Shown here: positions 1-12,614 of the stretch, piece after piece
How the letters are laid out: the number at the start of each line of letters is the position of its first letter
Numbering within the stretch: the first letter of the stretch is position 1
DNA from: Yuukianura sp. NJ FZ-2021
Taxonomy: Eukaryota
Assembly: GCA_046563655.1 (NCBI GenBank)
Contig: CM102286.1
Location: forward strand, 14,880,001 to 14,944,000
Direction of reading: 5' to 3'
Length of the DNA stretch: 64,000 nt
Notes under the pieces: generated by a model
What the model saw: only the letters and a program-made list of their open reading frames with translations
What the model was told of the DNA's origin: nothing
Databases searched by the model: none
Position numbers and translations under genes: made by a program

Positions 1-115
1 CCCGATGAGAAGTTGCGTAAAAGAGTAGTAAATTACTAAATTACTACTTTCAATTCCAAATGCTCTGGAAGTAAACTAAAGTTTATTGAGGTCAATGACC
101 TTATAGTTTTGTACA

Positions 116-855
116 CTAAATCAGTACCAATGAAGTTCGTATGGAGTAGATTATGCAATTGGTAATTAAGTAAAATTGACCTTGTTGGATTCTGGTCCAG
201 GTCAAATAGAGAATTAGTAGTAGGGTTATGCCTGATTCTAGTTCGGAGTACAGCATGATGGTGGATTCCCTGTAGTTGTGTCCCAGAAGCTGCCAGAAAA
301 CGTATTCAATTCGTTCAAGAATAAAGAATGTCGTATTTTCCTGAACATTGAGTACAGAGAATACTGCGGAGATCCAAGTATAGTAAATGGCGGCAAGTTT
401 TGAGGAAATGTTGACAGTCGTCTTGAGATTTGTCTCTCGTTGTCGATTACAAGCATAGTTTGTAGCAACCAGTAAGATGGAGAACAGAATGCGTGGAGTC
501 AGAATCACAGCGCATGAGCAGAACATTGCAGATAACGGTGCGTCTATTGCGTAGGTTACAAGCCGGAAGATGGCATGGTAGACTACAATCTTCTGAACTA
601 AAATATTCGAAATCAAACAGTTGTACTGTACTCACACTCAATTACTAATTGAAATACCTTAAATTACTGTTTACCAGCTCTTAGGAAGATTCCGATGATG
701 ACGAGTGTACGCCTGAGATGACCTTGGTTTGACCTTTGACCTTCACCGGCAGAGTGAACGGAAGTGAGAATTCGCAGGTAAGTGCGAATTAAAATAGCTC
801 CGGTAACCAAAACGATTGACGCTACTGCGAAATTTAAAGAAAAAGTTAGCGGCAA
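116..855 (-). CDS. Putative multi-pass membrane protein, spliced and possibly running off the window start; family not identified
   Basis: Hydrophobic ORFs 664-855 and 116-616 are separated by a short AT-rich intron-like gap. No family motif was recognised and the start codon is unresolved. Confidence 0.3.
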
Positions 856-1595
856 ACTGATGTTGATTTAAATTGAAACTTTCAAGTTTCAAACTTACAA
901 AATTTTAACGTCGTTTCCAAAATATTCATTTTGTTCCACTCTCTTTATGTTTTTATGTTTCGTCCGGAAATGACAAAAGTTGTCCAGGCTTAACCCACTG
1001 CTGAATTTTTAGTTTAATTTTTCACTTTCACAACCTAAAACCACATCCTAATTAAAAGTCAATTGAACTTGTAGGAAATGGTTTTTACTTCAACACGGCT
1101 TTTTTGATGAAATGAATAAAGAATTAAGGTCAACTGAATTAATTTTTAGCAATTACTTTTTCAAAATTTCAATTCCAATTTGTAATGTTTACTAAAAAAT
1201 TGATGCGGCTCCATGCTACAAAGGAAGGTATGAAATCCATCCCACTCACGTTTATCTTTTAGTCAAACAAAGTTCCATTTATGGCACAATCTGGATGTTT
1301 TTAGTGTTTTAGTAATCAAATTGTTGATTAGGAATGAGTTCCGTTAAAAAATTATGATTTATGATTAGATCAGACGTTTCATTGCCATGACAACTGAAGG
1401 TCATGATGTTATGTTTGTCAACAATGTTAAATGTGTAAAAGCTTTTAGTAAGATGGCGTGGGATTTGTTGGAAGGGAGTGACTCCCAACGTGAGTGCGAC
1501 CAATTTCACTAATTTTGTAATAAATTTTGTACTTTTCGTTAGGATTTTTTGTAAAGATTTTGAGAATTTTGTAATATTTTGATACACTAAACAGA

Positions 1596-4500
1596 ATGCC
1601 TGAAGAGCTTGATTTGCAAGTGACTGGAGGAGGCCGCAGTGGTGTCAATCCTGCTGACACTTTCACACTCCGTAAAAAAACACAAAAAGTCTAAAGTTTT
1701 TTGTACTTTTCAAAAAAAAAGTTTCAAAATACACTTTGTTTCATTTTCTTCAGGGTACAAGATTCTGGGTGAGGTTGGAGAGGGATCGTATTCAAAAGTG
1801 TTGAAATGTCGCCATCGGGAAAGCGGAGAACTCTTTGCATGCAAACGCCTCAAACAAACCTACAAATCGTAAAAAAATTGCATACATTTCATAAATTGTT
1901 CAAAATTTTGACATTTTTGAAAATTTATTTAGTTGGAATCAAGTAGCCGACGTTCCAGAACTCGTCACTCTCCGAAAACTCATGAAGCATCCCAACATTC
2001 TCCAAATGTCGGAGATTCACTTGTAAGAAAATATTTCAAATTTATGTCAGTTCAATTACCTTGACCTTGACCTTGCCCTTTTGCAGTGACCCTGCTGCTG
2101 GCCGAGTAAGTCTCGTTTTTGAACTGATGGACATGAATCTCTATGAACTGATCAAAGATCGCAAACGGTGAGACAATTTTCACTCATTCACTACTTTCTT
2201 CCCATTTTTCAAAATTTTGTAAAATTTAGTAAGATTTTGATTTTTGGAGGTCTAGGTTACTGCAAGAGAGCAGAGTGAAGAATATGATTTTTCAATTGAT
2301 TCGTGGTTTACGTCATCTACACAAACAAGGAATTTTCCATCGAGATGGTCCGTTAACAAAAATAAAAACTGATAATTTTTCGAAAAAAAAATTCACTCTT
2401 TTTTTATTCCAGTCAAACCTGAAAATATTTTGCTCAAACGAGTGGAAGACGAAGTAATTTCAATTTTGTTTTCAATTTTAATTTCTTCAGTGGTTGACTA
2501 AACTTTTTTGTTTTCAGGAAGATGAAATTTTGAAATTGGGTGACCTTGGTTCTGTGCGTGGATTGTACAGTCGACCACCTTATACCGAGTACATCTCAAC
2601 CAGGTAAGTTTCAAAGCTAAATGCACAATTTTCTCACGTTTTGCTGAACATTGTGACCTTTGACCTTTGACCTAGATGGTACCGATCTCCAGAATGTCTC
2701 CTCACCCCGGGATTCTACTCTATCAAAATGGATATCTGGGCAACGGGATGTGTTTTCTATGAAGTGCTCACGTAAAAACACAAAATTTTCCTCAAGTAAA
2801 AATTTTTTTGTTAAAATTTTAAATTTTGGCACATTTGTGGTATTTAGGCTCCGCCCACTTTTTCCGGGAGCTTCCGAACTTGACCAAATCAATCGAATTC
2901 ACAACATCGTTGGACCTCCGCCGACCAATGTCCTAACTAAATTCATGCGATAGTAAGTTACATTAACTTACATAATGTAAGCTAAATAATGTAAGTTACA
3001 TTACAAACTAATCCGTTTGTATACGGTTCCAGTATCGATGAAAACCGAAATCAACCAATCCGACAATCCAAACAGACACGATTTGAAAACATGTACGACA
3101 TTTCCAAAACTTGACGAAACTTCCGTTTTTTGAATACAAAAATTTTTGAATACATCATAATTTGGGTTTTTAGTAAAAAGACGTTGCTGGATTTGAAAAA
3201 TGGAAATGGGTAAGGTACTTGAGCTGCTGCAATTTGAAGTTTAAACTCAAAGTTTAGTTTTAAATTGTACTTTTTAGGAAGCCAAGTTGTGATTGGTTCT
3301 TCGGCGGGAGTGCCGGCGGAGTGGAACGTCTGTTGCCCAATCACATTTCTCCTGAAGCACGTGACTTGCTAGCCACTTTGCTGCACTATGACCCTGACCT
3401 CAGACCTTCAGCTCACCGTGCTCTAGCACATCCATACTTCCATGGACTCAGACACGCTTCGCGCATGGCTCATCGTCGTGACGAACCAGCCGATGTCTTG
3501 GTGTCCATCGGAAGTTCAGTCAAAACGCTGTCAGAAGTGGACGGTTTAGCTGCTGACCTCAAAACGCTTGGAGATTTCAAACTTTCCAAAGTGAAAAGTC
3601 CTAAAAAACCACAAAACATTCCAAAAATTTATCTTTTTCTTAAATTTCAGCGTCTGCCACGAGAAATCCCGAGTAAGATTCCAGTGAGGTTGCCACCGAA
3701 ACCAGCAGTGACGGACAAGGATACTGCTGATGCTGTCCAACCTGTGCTTCCAGTGGGGGTCAAGTATCGTAAAAGTTCCATCAACACTTACAACTTAAAC
3801 AACGTCGAAGATGTGCTTCCGGCAGCATCTCGACTACTTCCGGCAGCATCCCGAGACGAAATCACTCCCGGAAAGAAAATCAAAACCTATGACGAATTTA
3901 GTCAAAAAGCAAAAGCTGCTCTACCTTATGAAATTGTACATATTGACCCCAGTCAACATCGTCCGATTGTCCAATCTCACCAGAAAGGTCAGGGGTCAAC
4001 TATTCCTCAAGGTCAAGGTCAAGGTCAAGGTCAAAGTCACGGTCAAGGTCAAGCTAGAATACAACCAGCTCCTGTGCGTCGATCTGTTGCGCATGTCCAG
4101 TCACAAACTCAAACACGAAATGAGAAGGTAGATGAATATTTTTTTAATTATTTATTTATTTTATTATTTTTATTATTTTATTGAGAAGGTCAATTCTGAG
4201 AGTCACTTCCACCAAACACACAAGTTGTCTCCAGCAACTATTCGCAGAATCAATGAAAATCGGAAACTGGCTCAACTTGAGCCAATTTCAAACATGGCTG
4301 ACAATGACGGTGACCTTGAGAGGTCAGCAGTGAAGGAAGTTGGGTCAAAGGTCAGCGGTGTCCAGCAGACACTGAATGTCAAGCAGAGTTCAAGAATCGG
4401 GGGGATCGGGGGCGTTCCGGCCAAAGAAAAGCAGCGAGAGAGGGAAATGACCCCAGTTCCAATTCCGCCGATCCGAGCAGTGGTTCAACCACCAAGAAAA

Positions 4501-5632
4501 CTAAGTTTTCAAGTACTAACTAAATTTCAAAAATTGAAAAACTTTTTTTTGAAATTTTAAAAATTTTGACATTTTAGTTTGCTGAAGAACGAATGCCACC
4601 ACCGGTGAGACAACACAAGAGTCTACACGTGCCAGATCAGAACTGGAACTACAGAAAAGTGCGAGAAGAAAATTTGACTCCGCCTCCACTCAATCAACGG
4701 CTCCATGTCCGCCGTGATGCTTCACCTAGTGGTTAGTTTTTTAAAAAATTAGCAAAAAAAATTTTCAAAAAATTTGAAATTTTTTAAAAACAGAACCTTC
4801 AGTAGTACGAAACAAAACACCAAGACCAGAAGGTCACGTGACGCTCAAAACTCATCTCAAGCCGTCGCTACTCGACTACCAACAATTTTCAGCTCGATAC
4901 AAAGAGCGCGGAAGTCAAATCATCAGAAAACGACGAGAAGAAACGCTGCCAGCATCAGACTCGTCATCTTCCGAGTATCAAAATGTGTCATACGAGCGTC
5001 GTTTGTCCAAAAACATGCAGAAACCGTCCGACATTCCGCGTCGACGAAACTCTCAGGTTTGTATCTTATACCGGTTTGAGTATCGTATCACAAAAACCGA
5101 AAATACGCGGGTTTTGTTTCAGATCCAGCCGTTGACGACAAGCCGGAAGCAGAAGGCGGAGCTACAGGGGGAGGAGCCACTCAAACTGAGTCGACTCAAA
5201 GAATTTATCAAAACGAATCTCGTGAATCCAACGACAGAAAAAGAACAAGATTTGGATTTGGATTCAAATTCGCGCCAATTCTACTCCCATCGTAACATCA
5301 GTCATGACCAAAGTAGTAAGTTTGAAGCTGAGGGTGGGAAAGAAGGACATCTCTTCATCACGAATTCAAACTCATACTATCCGAGTCTTCACGGAAAAAT
5401 CCGAGTGTCGAAACCATCTCTGTCCAACTCCATTCGATCTCCGTCTTCATCTCAACTTCATCCGCCACCACTCATTCGACACTCAGACAAAATCCCGTTT
5501 AGTCTCAATTTAAAAAATCCAAAAGACCCGCCAAAGTTTCAGCGTGAAACGCTCACGAAAAAAAAGTATTCGTTCCTGCATGACAAACAAGATTTTGTGT
5601 TTGTCAACAAATCCAAATTGAACGGCCTCTAA
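1596..5632 (+). CDS. MOK: MAPK/MAK/MRK-overlapping kinase (MOK/RAGE-1) with a long disordered C-terminal tail, multi-exon
   Basis: Spliced exons give YKILGEVGEGSYSKV, FACKRLKQ, LVFELMDMNLYELIK, IFHRDVKPENILL, LKLGDLGS, PPYTEYISTRWYRSPECLLT and PLFPGASELDQINRIH, which match MOK. ATG at 1596, TAA at 5630-5632. Confidence 0.9.
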
Positions 5633-5735
5633 AAACTATGATTTAAATAAATACAACTGTTTTTGTTTTCAAAATTTTACAAAAGACAGAAAACGTTAAG
5701 GGTTTAATTTACTGTATAGTTTTTGAAATAAAAAA

Positions 5736-7731
5736 TTAAGTTTTTTGAAACACTTTAATTTCTGTGATAGTTACAAACGGTTGAGCGGGAATTTGAATTT
5801 GAAAGCATTGAACTTTAGTTTGAGTGAGGAGCACATCGATGTCTCCATTTTCAAAAGTTCCCGCTAAATTCAAATCAGAACATCCTTTTTCTAATGCATT
5901 TTCTGAATTCAAATGAGATCCTGTGAGCAGTTTGGCGCCATGTTCAATTCGGTAGCGTCCCGAAAAAACAGCAATTCTCTCAATTTCTATTGGCTGTTTA
6001 TAGATGACGTCAAAAGTTTGACTTTGACTTGATTTTGACGTACCGTCAAACCAACCTGGCGCTGCGCTGTAAGCGTTTTCAGGTACACAGTCTTCTAAAG
6101 TCTGTTATAAAAAAAAAGCAAAATTCAAAATTTTGAAAAAAAAAATTGTCAGTTCACAAGTAAAACTTACAGTAAATGTGGAGCTGATGTAAACGGCTGG
6201 AGGATTTTTTAAATTTTCAAATTTTCGCACTCCTTGACCAAAGCTATCGTCAGTCAACTCTTGAACTTTGTTTGGAAGCGTAGACTTTTTGCCAATGTGT
6301 TGAAAAATTGATGGATTTCTGTTAACTACAGCACTGTTTGGCACGTTAGGATTCTAGAACAAGATTTTGCTTCAAAATTTGGACAAAATTTTAAGAAATT
6401 TTCAATTTTTGAAAAAGTACCTCTAGAGCAGTAAACGTTTTCATGAGAACGTCGACTGGATGCTCCTTGTGGAAAATGATTAAAAATTCGGTCAGTTTTT
6501 CCAAGTCTTTAGTTTTAAACAAAAGTCCAATTCCAACAAACTTGGCAAATTGCAGAGCACTCCATTTTGAATTGTCGCGCTTTTTTATGAGTAGAAAATC
6601 CTGGATTGCTGTTAAATACTGATTGGATGCTAAAATGTCGTCTTCTGCAACGACGTGGTACTCCGAGAGGTCATGTGATCGCACATATGTGAACAAAAAG
6701 ACAAAGTCAATGACTTGTTTTGTTCTCCAAATGACTCTGTCAATGCTGTCGTCATAAGTTCTTCGGTGGAGGACAAAGTCAAATGGCGGGTAAATTGAAG
6801 GAGGAGCTCGAATTATTTGAATGAAACCAGAAATTAACTCTGGACGGAAGTTGTCTTCAACTAGTTTCTGCTGCAAGTCTCTGAAAACACAGAAAAAAGA
6901 AACCAACTTAGCTCAATGGTTAGAGCGATTACCCTGAAACTACGGTATGGGTTCGAATCCCACTCTAGCCCCGTTTTTTTCTCTCGTTCTTGTATACAGT
7001 CGGTACAAACCAATTCTACATTGATTTCAATTAGGCCATTTTTCAGTTGCAAAATATTTGCAACTTTGCAAATTGTAAACGATGTGCAAAGTGACAATTT
7101 GGCACACGGCAAGGTCGTTTTTTAGCAAATTGTGGGAAGACACGGAACTAAACATTGAGAAAGTGACACACCGTATAATTTTCCAATTAAAATTTCTGGT
7201 TTCATCATTTCCGAGAATACAAACGCAAACTGTTCAAAATTTTAATTTTGGTTTTCAAAATTTTGAAATATATTTTCAACATTACCTACGTTCCTCATCA
7301 GTGTCAGCCAGAAAGATGACGATGGTGGCCAGTTGACGTTCCTCGGGCCAGGATTGGTTGACGAGTGACTGGAGTGTCGTTTTCAAATATTCCTCTTCTC
7401 TGTATACAGTTGAAATTCCAATAGTCAAAAACTTTTTAGCACTTTTCGTCGTCTCGTTTCCTCCCAAGGTCATTGACCCTCCTTGACCTTGAGACGCCTC
7501 CAAAAACAAACTTTGTTTCCAGTTCCAGGAAGTATGAGGCTGAGCCACGACGGAGTTGAAGTCCCACCGCCCAGGCCCCACGGAACTCCATCTGGTGGGG
7601 CCATACACCACAAAACCAAAACTGAGACACAGTAAAATCAAAACGGAAGTGACACAGAGACGCTGGAGTCGGCCAAAGGTGAAATGCATTTCGCTTGTTC
7701 TAAATTCGTTTTCATTTTGTGGTTTTTCCAT
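5736..7731 (-). CDS. MGAT4: GT54 alpha-1,3-mannosyl-glycoprotein 4-beta-N-acetylglucosaminyltransferase (MGAT4-like), 4 exons
   Basis: Type II TM anchor, then LTIGISTVYREEEYLKTTLQSL, IVIFLAD, WRTKQVIDF, AEDD and PSIFQHIG. The lectin-like C-terminus ends VTITEIKVFQKT*. Confidence 0.85.
6905..6992 (+). mobile_element. tRNA-derived element (SINE head or tRNA pseudogene) in the MGAT4 intron, antisense to the host gene
   Basis: A box TAGCTCAATGGTTAGAGC at 6909, B box GGTTCGAATCCC at about 6950, then a T-run and CTCTCGTTCTT. No convincing acceptor or anticodon stem. Confidence 0.6.
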
Positions 7732-8479
7732 TTTGAAATATGTTCCAAACTGCTTAATTTTTTCCAAACTGCGGCTGTAAACAATTTAACTATGTTGTGT
7801 CCTCCAGTGTTATGACAACTGAAGTTTGTTTTAACTGAAAAATATGCAGAAGCAGATCCACCTTGGAGGTCGATTGCGCAAGACACAAAATCCCGTATTA
7901 CCTTCCGTTAAATTTAACTTACTAATGCAACTTTAACTACTTTGCTGACTCTTCTTCCAAACTAAAAGCAACAAGTTACATAAATGTATAAACAATCCAT
8001 TACAATTGCTAAACCTCACTGTCGCTCCAAACGGAAAAATTTGAAACCAAAATTTCAAATTTTCCTCAACTTCTTACTGTTTTTTTGTTTCTAAGTTGAA
8101 ATGAATACTTTTTAATTTTATCAGAGTTTCTGGAATTAAATTTTTACGGACGAGTGGTCGTTAAATTTAATAACCACGATAGCTGTGCTACAAATTAGAA
8201 CAGAATTTTTTTTAAATACTTTTTTTTCACAAACTGTGTGGGAATTTTTTGACAATTGGAATTCAAAAGGACGTTGAGGCAATTTTGTGGTTGAAATTTG
8301 TGTTTCTGTTGAAAAGTCTTTCATAAAAGAAAAAAAATGTTTTGTGGTTTTCCTTTTGTTTTTTGACCTTTTGAAACTAAATTTAGAACAAATGTCAACA
8401 CACTGCAATGTTTGTATTTTTTTCAACTTTATTTGAAGCAGCAATAAGGTGATGATGATTTTTGTTTAAGAGATAAGAA

Positions 8480-8595
8480 GTGACTTGAACATTTTTGACT
8501 TGACCTTTGACCTTAACATTTTTTCCTTGACCTTTGACCATACAATTTTTGACTTGACCTTTGACCTTAACATTTATATTTGACATTTGACCTTG
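8480..8595. repeat. Degenerate ~25-bp tandem array of TTGACCTTTGACC units
   Basis: Perfect TGACCTTTGACCT at 8501 and 8555, near-perfect copies at 8528 and 8581. Confidence 0.8.
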
Positions 8596-8621
8596 CAGAA
8601 TTTGAGTATTTGAGACTGAAT

Positions 8622-10353
8622 TTATGCAACTAGGAAATTAATAGTGTAGTCGATAACGAGTGCAACAAAGCTTGAGCCTGAGAGTTTATGAAAGAGCGTG
8701 AATTGACCCATGTCAAGATGGATGAGTTTGGCAGCAGAGATTCTCTTTTCCAGCAACTCTTCAAAAGTTCCGGCCTTTTTGGCGACAGTGTTGCCATATT
8801 TGTTTTTCCATGATCGGAGCGTAGTAGCCGACTGCGCATGGACAGATCCGAGGCTCATGAGGAGGTTAGTGCAATTCTGGGTTCCAGCAGTTGCGAGGAA
8901 TGGGCAGCAAATCCATGCTCCAAAGGACAGTTGACTGTACAGTTTGATCGAGCCGTAGTTGGCGGCAGTTTGTGTAACGAATCCTGCTGCGCACTGACTT
9001 ACCAGAACAGTCGCATGAGTACTGTTGAACATCGCACAGAGCATATCCAGTTGCTGGTAGATTCTCCAAATGTTTTGAGGGCGCTGGAGTTGACATGTGT
9101 CGTCCACGGGGTCATTCAACGTCACCCTGAAAAAAAAAGTTAACCAAAAGTTAAAAAAATTACATAATAAGCAGAGTTGTCAAAAATATGTGCTAGAAAC
9201 CCCTGAAATATTGACAACAAAATAGATTCTTTAAATCTCCCTTCTTTAAATCGCCCAAATAATTACTTATTTAAAATTAAGGAAATCGGCAAATAAATAA
9301 ATATTTACCAACGAAATCAAATACTTTTTATTAACATTTAGGTTATAGTTTGTCTCTTTTCAGAAGGTAGTTTTCAAGTATGAAAAAAATTCAGTCGCCC
9401 TATGGAGCGTTAACATTAAAATTAATAATTTTTTTCAAATTTGGTGTATAATGTAGAAAGTGTTTTTAACTTTTCCATAAGCGTTTGCAATGGAATTAAA
9501 AAGGAAACGACGAAAGAAAATCGCTTTCTAAAACAGACAACCTAACCTATAAAGTTTGGAGACCAATTATGTTTGACATCCCTGATAACGATAAGACGTG
9601 TCAAAATTTGACAGAATTCGGCAAAGTTTCTCGGTTAAATCTATTTTTTAAACTTCTTTCTAAATCTTACTGAATTCGACGGAGCCAAAAATGAAGCGTT
9701 CCAGCGCCAACTTGAAAAAGTACTGGGACTGAAATGCAATTGTACCAACATTTGGCAATTATGCATGGTTCGAGCAGAGTTAAGCTCCAAAATGCAAAAA
9801 AATTTTGAATCCGATTTTCAGAAATTTCCAGAAATCCAGAGTAAAGGAATTGCGGCATATTCGGTGACTCGAAATGCAGGATGAGGATGGAGGCGGGAAT
9901 TAGGTAGACAGCAGTAACAGAAACTGCGATGATTGCGGCCAAATCAGGTATGAATTCAATCGATCCAATTTCAGACGAAAATTCTTGGCGCCGAAATTTG
10001 CAAAAATTTGAAATTTTGGCGAAGCAGGTTTCAAATTCTTTCATTGCAAAGAGCCAAGTGTAGTCGATGATTACGGCCAAGGCGGTGGGGCCCAAAAAGA
10101 AAATTTGAAACACAAATTGGCCAATTTTGTCATTGGTGTACAATTGGTACGTGCGGAAAATTAAGTAGATTAATTTTAGATGCACAATTAGTGCAAGACC
10201 AATCCACTGGGCCAAATGCTTCCAATTTTTAGTGGAAATGAAAACTTGGTTTTCGCGGTCCCACTCAAATGGAGTAAATTTGTAGTGTCGAAATTGACCA
10301 GCCAGATTGGCGTAACGGGTAAACGCTCTAAGTGACTTATCTTGAAACAACAT
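8622..10353 (-). CDS. Gustatory-receptor-like 7TM chemoreceptor, 2 exons (10353-9671, 9126-8622)
   Basis: Multiple TM helices, N-terminal PFEWD and C-terminal LDMGQFTLFHKLSGSSFVALVIDYTINFLVA, a GR-type TM7 region. GT-AG intron and a TATA-like CTATAAATA at 10431-10439. Confidence 0.65.
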
Positions 10354-10984
10354 GTCAAAAAAAAAAACTAAAAATTTTTGAAGTTTCGTTAGAGAAAATA
10401 AGAGAAATGCATGTGGGAGATGGCGAGTTGTATTTATAGGCTTTCAAGATGGAGTTTTAGTTTGCAAATAATTTAGTGAGTTTTTGCGAGTTTCACTCGT
10501 TTGATGCTTTTTAATCTGTCAATTTTCAAAGAAAGTTTCCTAAAACTCGTCAAAGTAAAACTCAATTCGAAGGAATATTTAATTAGACGGCTATAAAAAT
10601 TCCGTTGTAGCGAGAAAAAAAAGAAATTTCCAACCACTTTTTTTTTGTATACGGATCAGGGTTACTTCATAAATGAAACTAAAATTCGAAATGTTTGATC
10701 CTAGATATGTCTGATATGAGTGTTTGTCAGTCTCAAATTTAGGACAGAATTAGGCATTAGAAATTTGAACTCCCAATGCCAACGAATTGTTAAATAGGTA
10801 TTACAAAATAGCTTGGACTTAAATATTTAATACAATTTTAGCCGTAGATTTAGTTTTAGATTGCAATGTGAAGGTGACAGTTTAAACTCCGTAATAAGGG
10901 AACAAAATCAACAAATACTATAAAGTATATTAAAGTATAAATTATAAATATATTAATAAAATATATTTAAAGTTATAACAAATG

Positions 10985-12235
10985 TTAAAAGTTAGTTTCG
11001 ACAAAGGCAATTGACCTGCCCATGATCACAGTTTGAGCCAAATGTCGCTCCACTATTTCGTACAACTGAGATCTGGCTACAATTTTGTTTCCTAAGAAAT
11101 CCGTCTCAGCTTGCCTCAGAATCACTAATTGTTTCTTTCTCAACGTGGATTTAGTAACAGGAGGTGATAGGTCAGAGGTCATCTTTGTGTTGTCACTTTT
11201 TGTCTTTTCTCGCTCAAGCCCTTGTTTCAGTAGAGCTCTGATTCCAATGCGACATACTTCGACAGCATCTTCTGGACCATTGATCAAGTACCCCGTCGGA
11301 GTTCCTTTTCGCACAACTTGAAAATCTTTCTGGACAGAAGCATTTGGAGGTTGGTCGACTTTGGAAGATTTGGACAGAAGTTGACCAGATTTGAACGCTA
11401 GTTTCTCTTTGAGTGAATTGCCTCTACTTGTACTTCCGATACTTGCAGCATCTTCTGGTTCTCCAGTAGAAGTTACTGATGTTGATGCTGGACAAGTATT
11501 TGAGAGTGGAACAAGCTTGAGTCGCCGTCTTTGAAAAATTTCATCGACATCTTTAAGTATGAGGTTCCAGTGTTTGTCAAATCCGACGACAAATCCAGTG
11601 CAGTATCCCCGAATTCCAGTCGGATCTCTTCTCCATACTCTGATTCTATTAAATTTCAGTCTTGCTTGATTCAGTGCCTGAAGTGGACCATCACAGTCGT
11701 CCATCAGAGTCATCACATTCGGTTTTTTCTTGACCACGCGAGAGACAGGTACTGGCAATTGGTGAGGCAGAAACCGACGACCGGGTATTGGATAATCTTG
11801 ACTCGAAGCAGCTGATTGGTTTAAAGCTGAGTTAGGAAGGCTAGTTCCGGAAGTTGAAGGGGATTCGGTGTTGACTGATGCTGATACTGATGATAATGCT
11901 GAAACTGCTGAGCTCTTCGCCAGTACTTCTTGACGTGGAATCCTCGCCAGTACTTTCCGGTCTTTTTGAGAAACTGGAAACTTGGAAGGCGGTGTCCCTT
12001 CAACTTGTAGATTTGGAACACATTTGTCGAAATCTGGAAGACTGTGGTAGCGCGGTGCATCGGGAACGGGCAATTTAAAGTCTGTACATCCCAGGGCCAG
12101 AACGGGATTGAAATGTTTAGAACCAATCGAGAGACATTTGGTTGCTGCCAATGCAGGATCCGAATCGTGGTCTTCGATACTGTCCCAGGAGTCCGAGTCA
12201 CTACTGCTGGACGAGAGGTCAAATGTCAACGACAT
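10985..12235 (-). CDS. LSM11: U7 snRNA-associated Sm-like protein LSm11, single coding exon
   Basis: N-terminal SKHFNPVLAL..PVPDAP, Sm1 IRGYCTGFVVGFDKHWNLILKDVDE, a long insertion and Sm2 ERHLAQTVIMGRSIAFV. First ATG at 12235. Confidence 0.85.
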   Translation of the reverse strand: MSLTFDLSSSSSDSDSWDSIEDHDSDPALAATKCLSIGSKHFNPVLALGCTDFKLPVPDAPRYHSLPDFDKCVPNLQVEGTPPSKFPVSQKDRKVLARIPRQEVLAKSSAVSALSSVSASVNTESPSTSGTSLPNSALNQSAASSQDYPIPGRRFLPHQLPVPVSRVVKKKPNVMTLMDDCDGPLQALNQARLKFNRIRVWRRDPTGIRGYCTGFVVGFDKHWNLILKDVDEIFQRRRLKLVPLSNTCPASTSVTSTGEPEDAASIGSTSRGNSLKEKLAFKSGQLLSKSSKVDQPPNASVQKDFQVVRKGTPTGYLINGPEDAVEVCRIGIRALLKQGLEREKTKSDNTKMTSDLSPPVTKSTLRKKQLVILRQAETDFLGNKIVARSQLYEIVERHLAQTVIMGRSIAFVETNF

Positions 12236-12614
12236 TGTGACATTCTGTAATGGACAAAGTACATTAGTACATGGTAACGTCACTACTTCAGTTTCTTTCA
12301 AAATAACGATTAGAGATAGAATTTAAAAAAAAAACATACCTCTTTTTGTTGACTTTTATGGCAATGTTGATTAATTAATTAACCAATTTTCTAATTATTG
12401 TGATTAATTAAAGTAATTAACGTAGATGATGACGAGAATACTCAGAAAAATTAAACCCACATGTTTCATAAAAGAAAACAAACTATTATTTTATGAAGTT
12501 CGCGCTCAGTTGTTTCATTGTGTCAAAAGTGAGACAATGAAAGTAAATGTTTAGGACAATAACATTTATTTATTGTTTTAAAATTCCTAAATTTCCAGAA
12601 AAACCGGAAACGTT

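Noticed and set aside
1309..1666. Minus-strand ORFs upstream of or overlapping MOK
   Set aside because: Low-complexity AT-rich translations with no recognisable motif or splice support.
6905..6992. Functional tRNA genes here and at 17743
   Set aside because: The A and B boxes are present, but the acceptor and anticodon stems do not pair.
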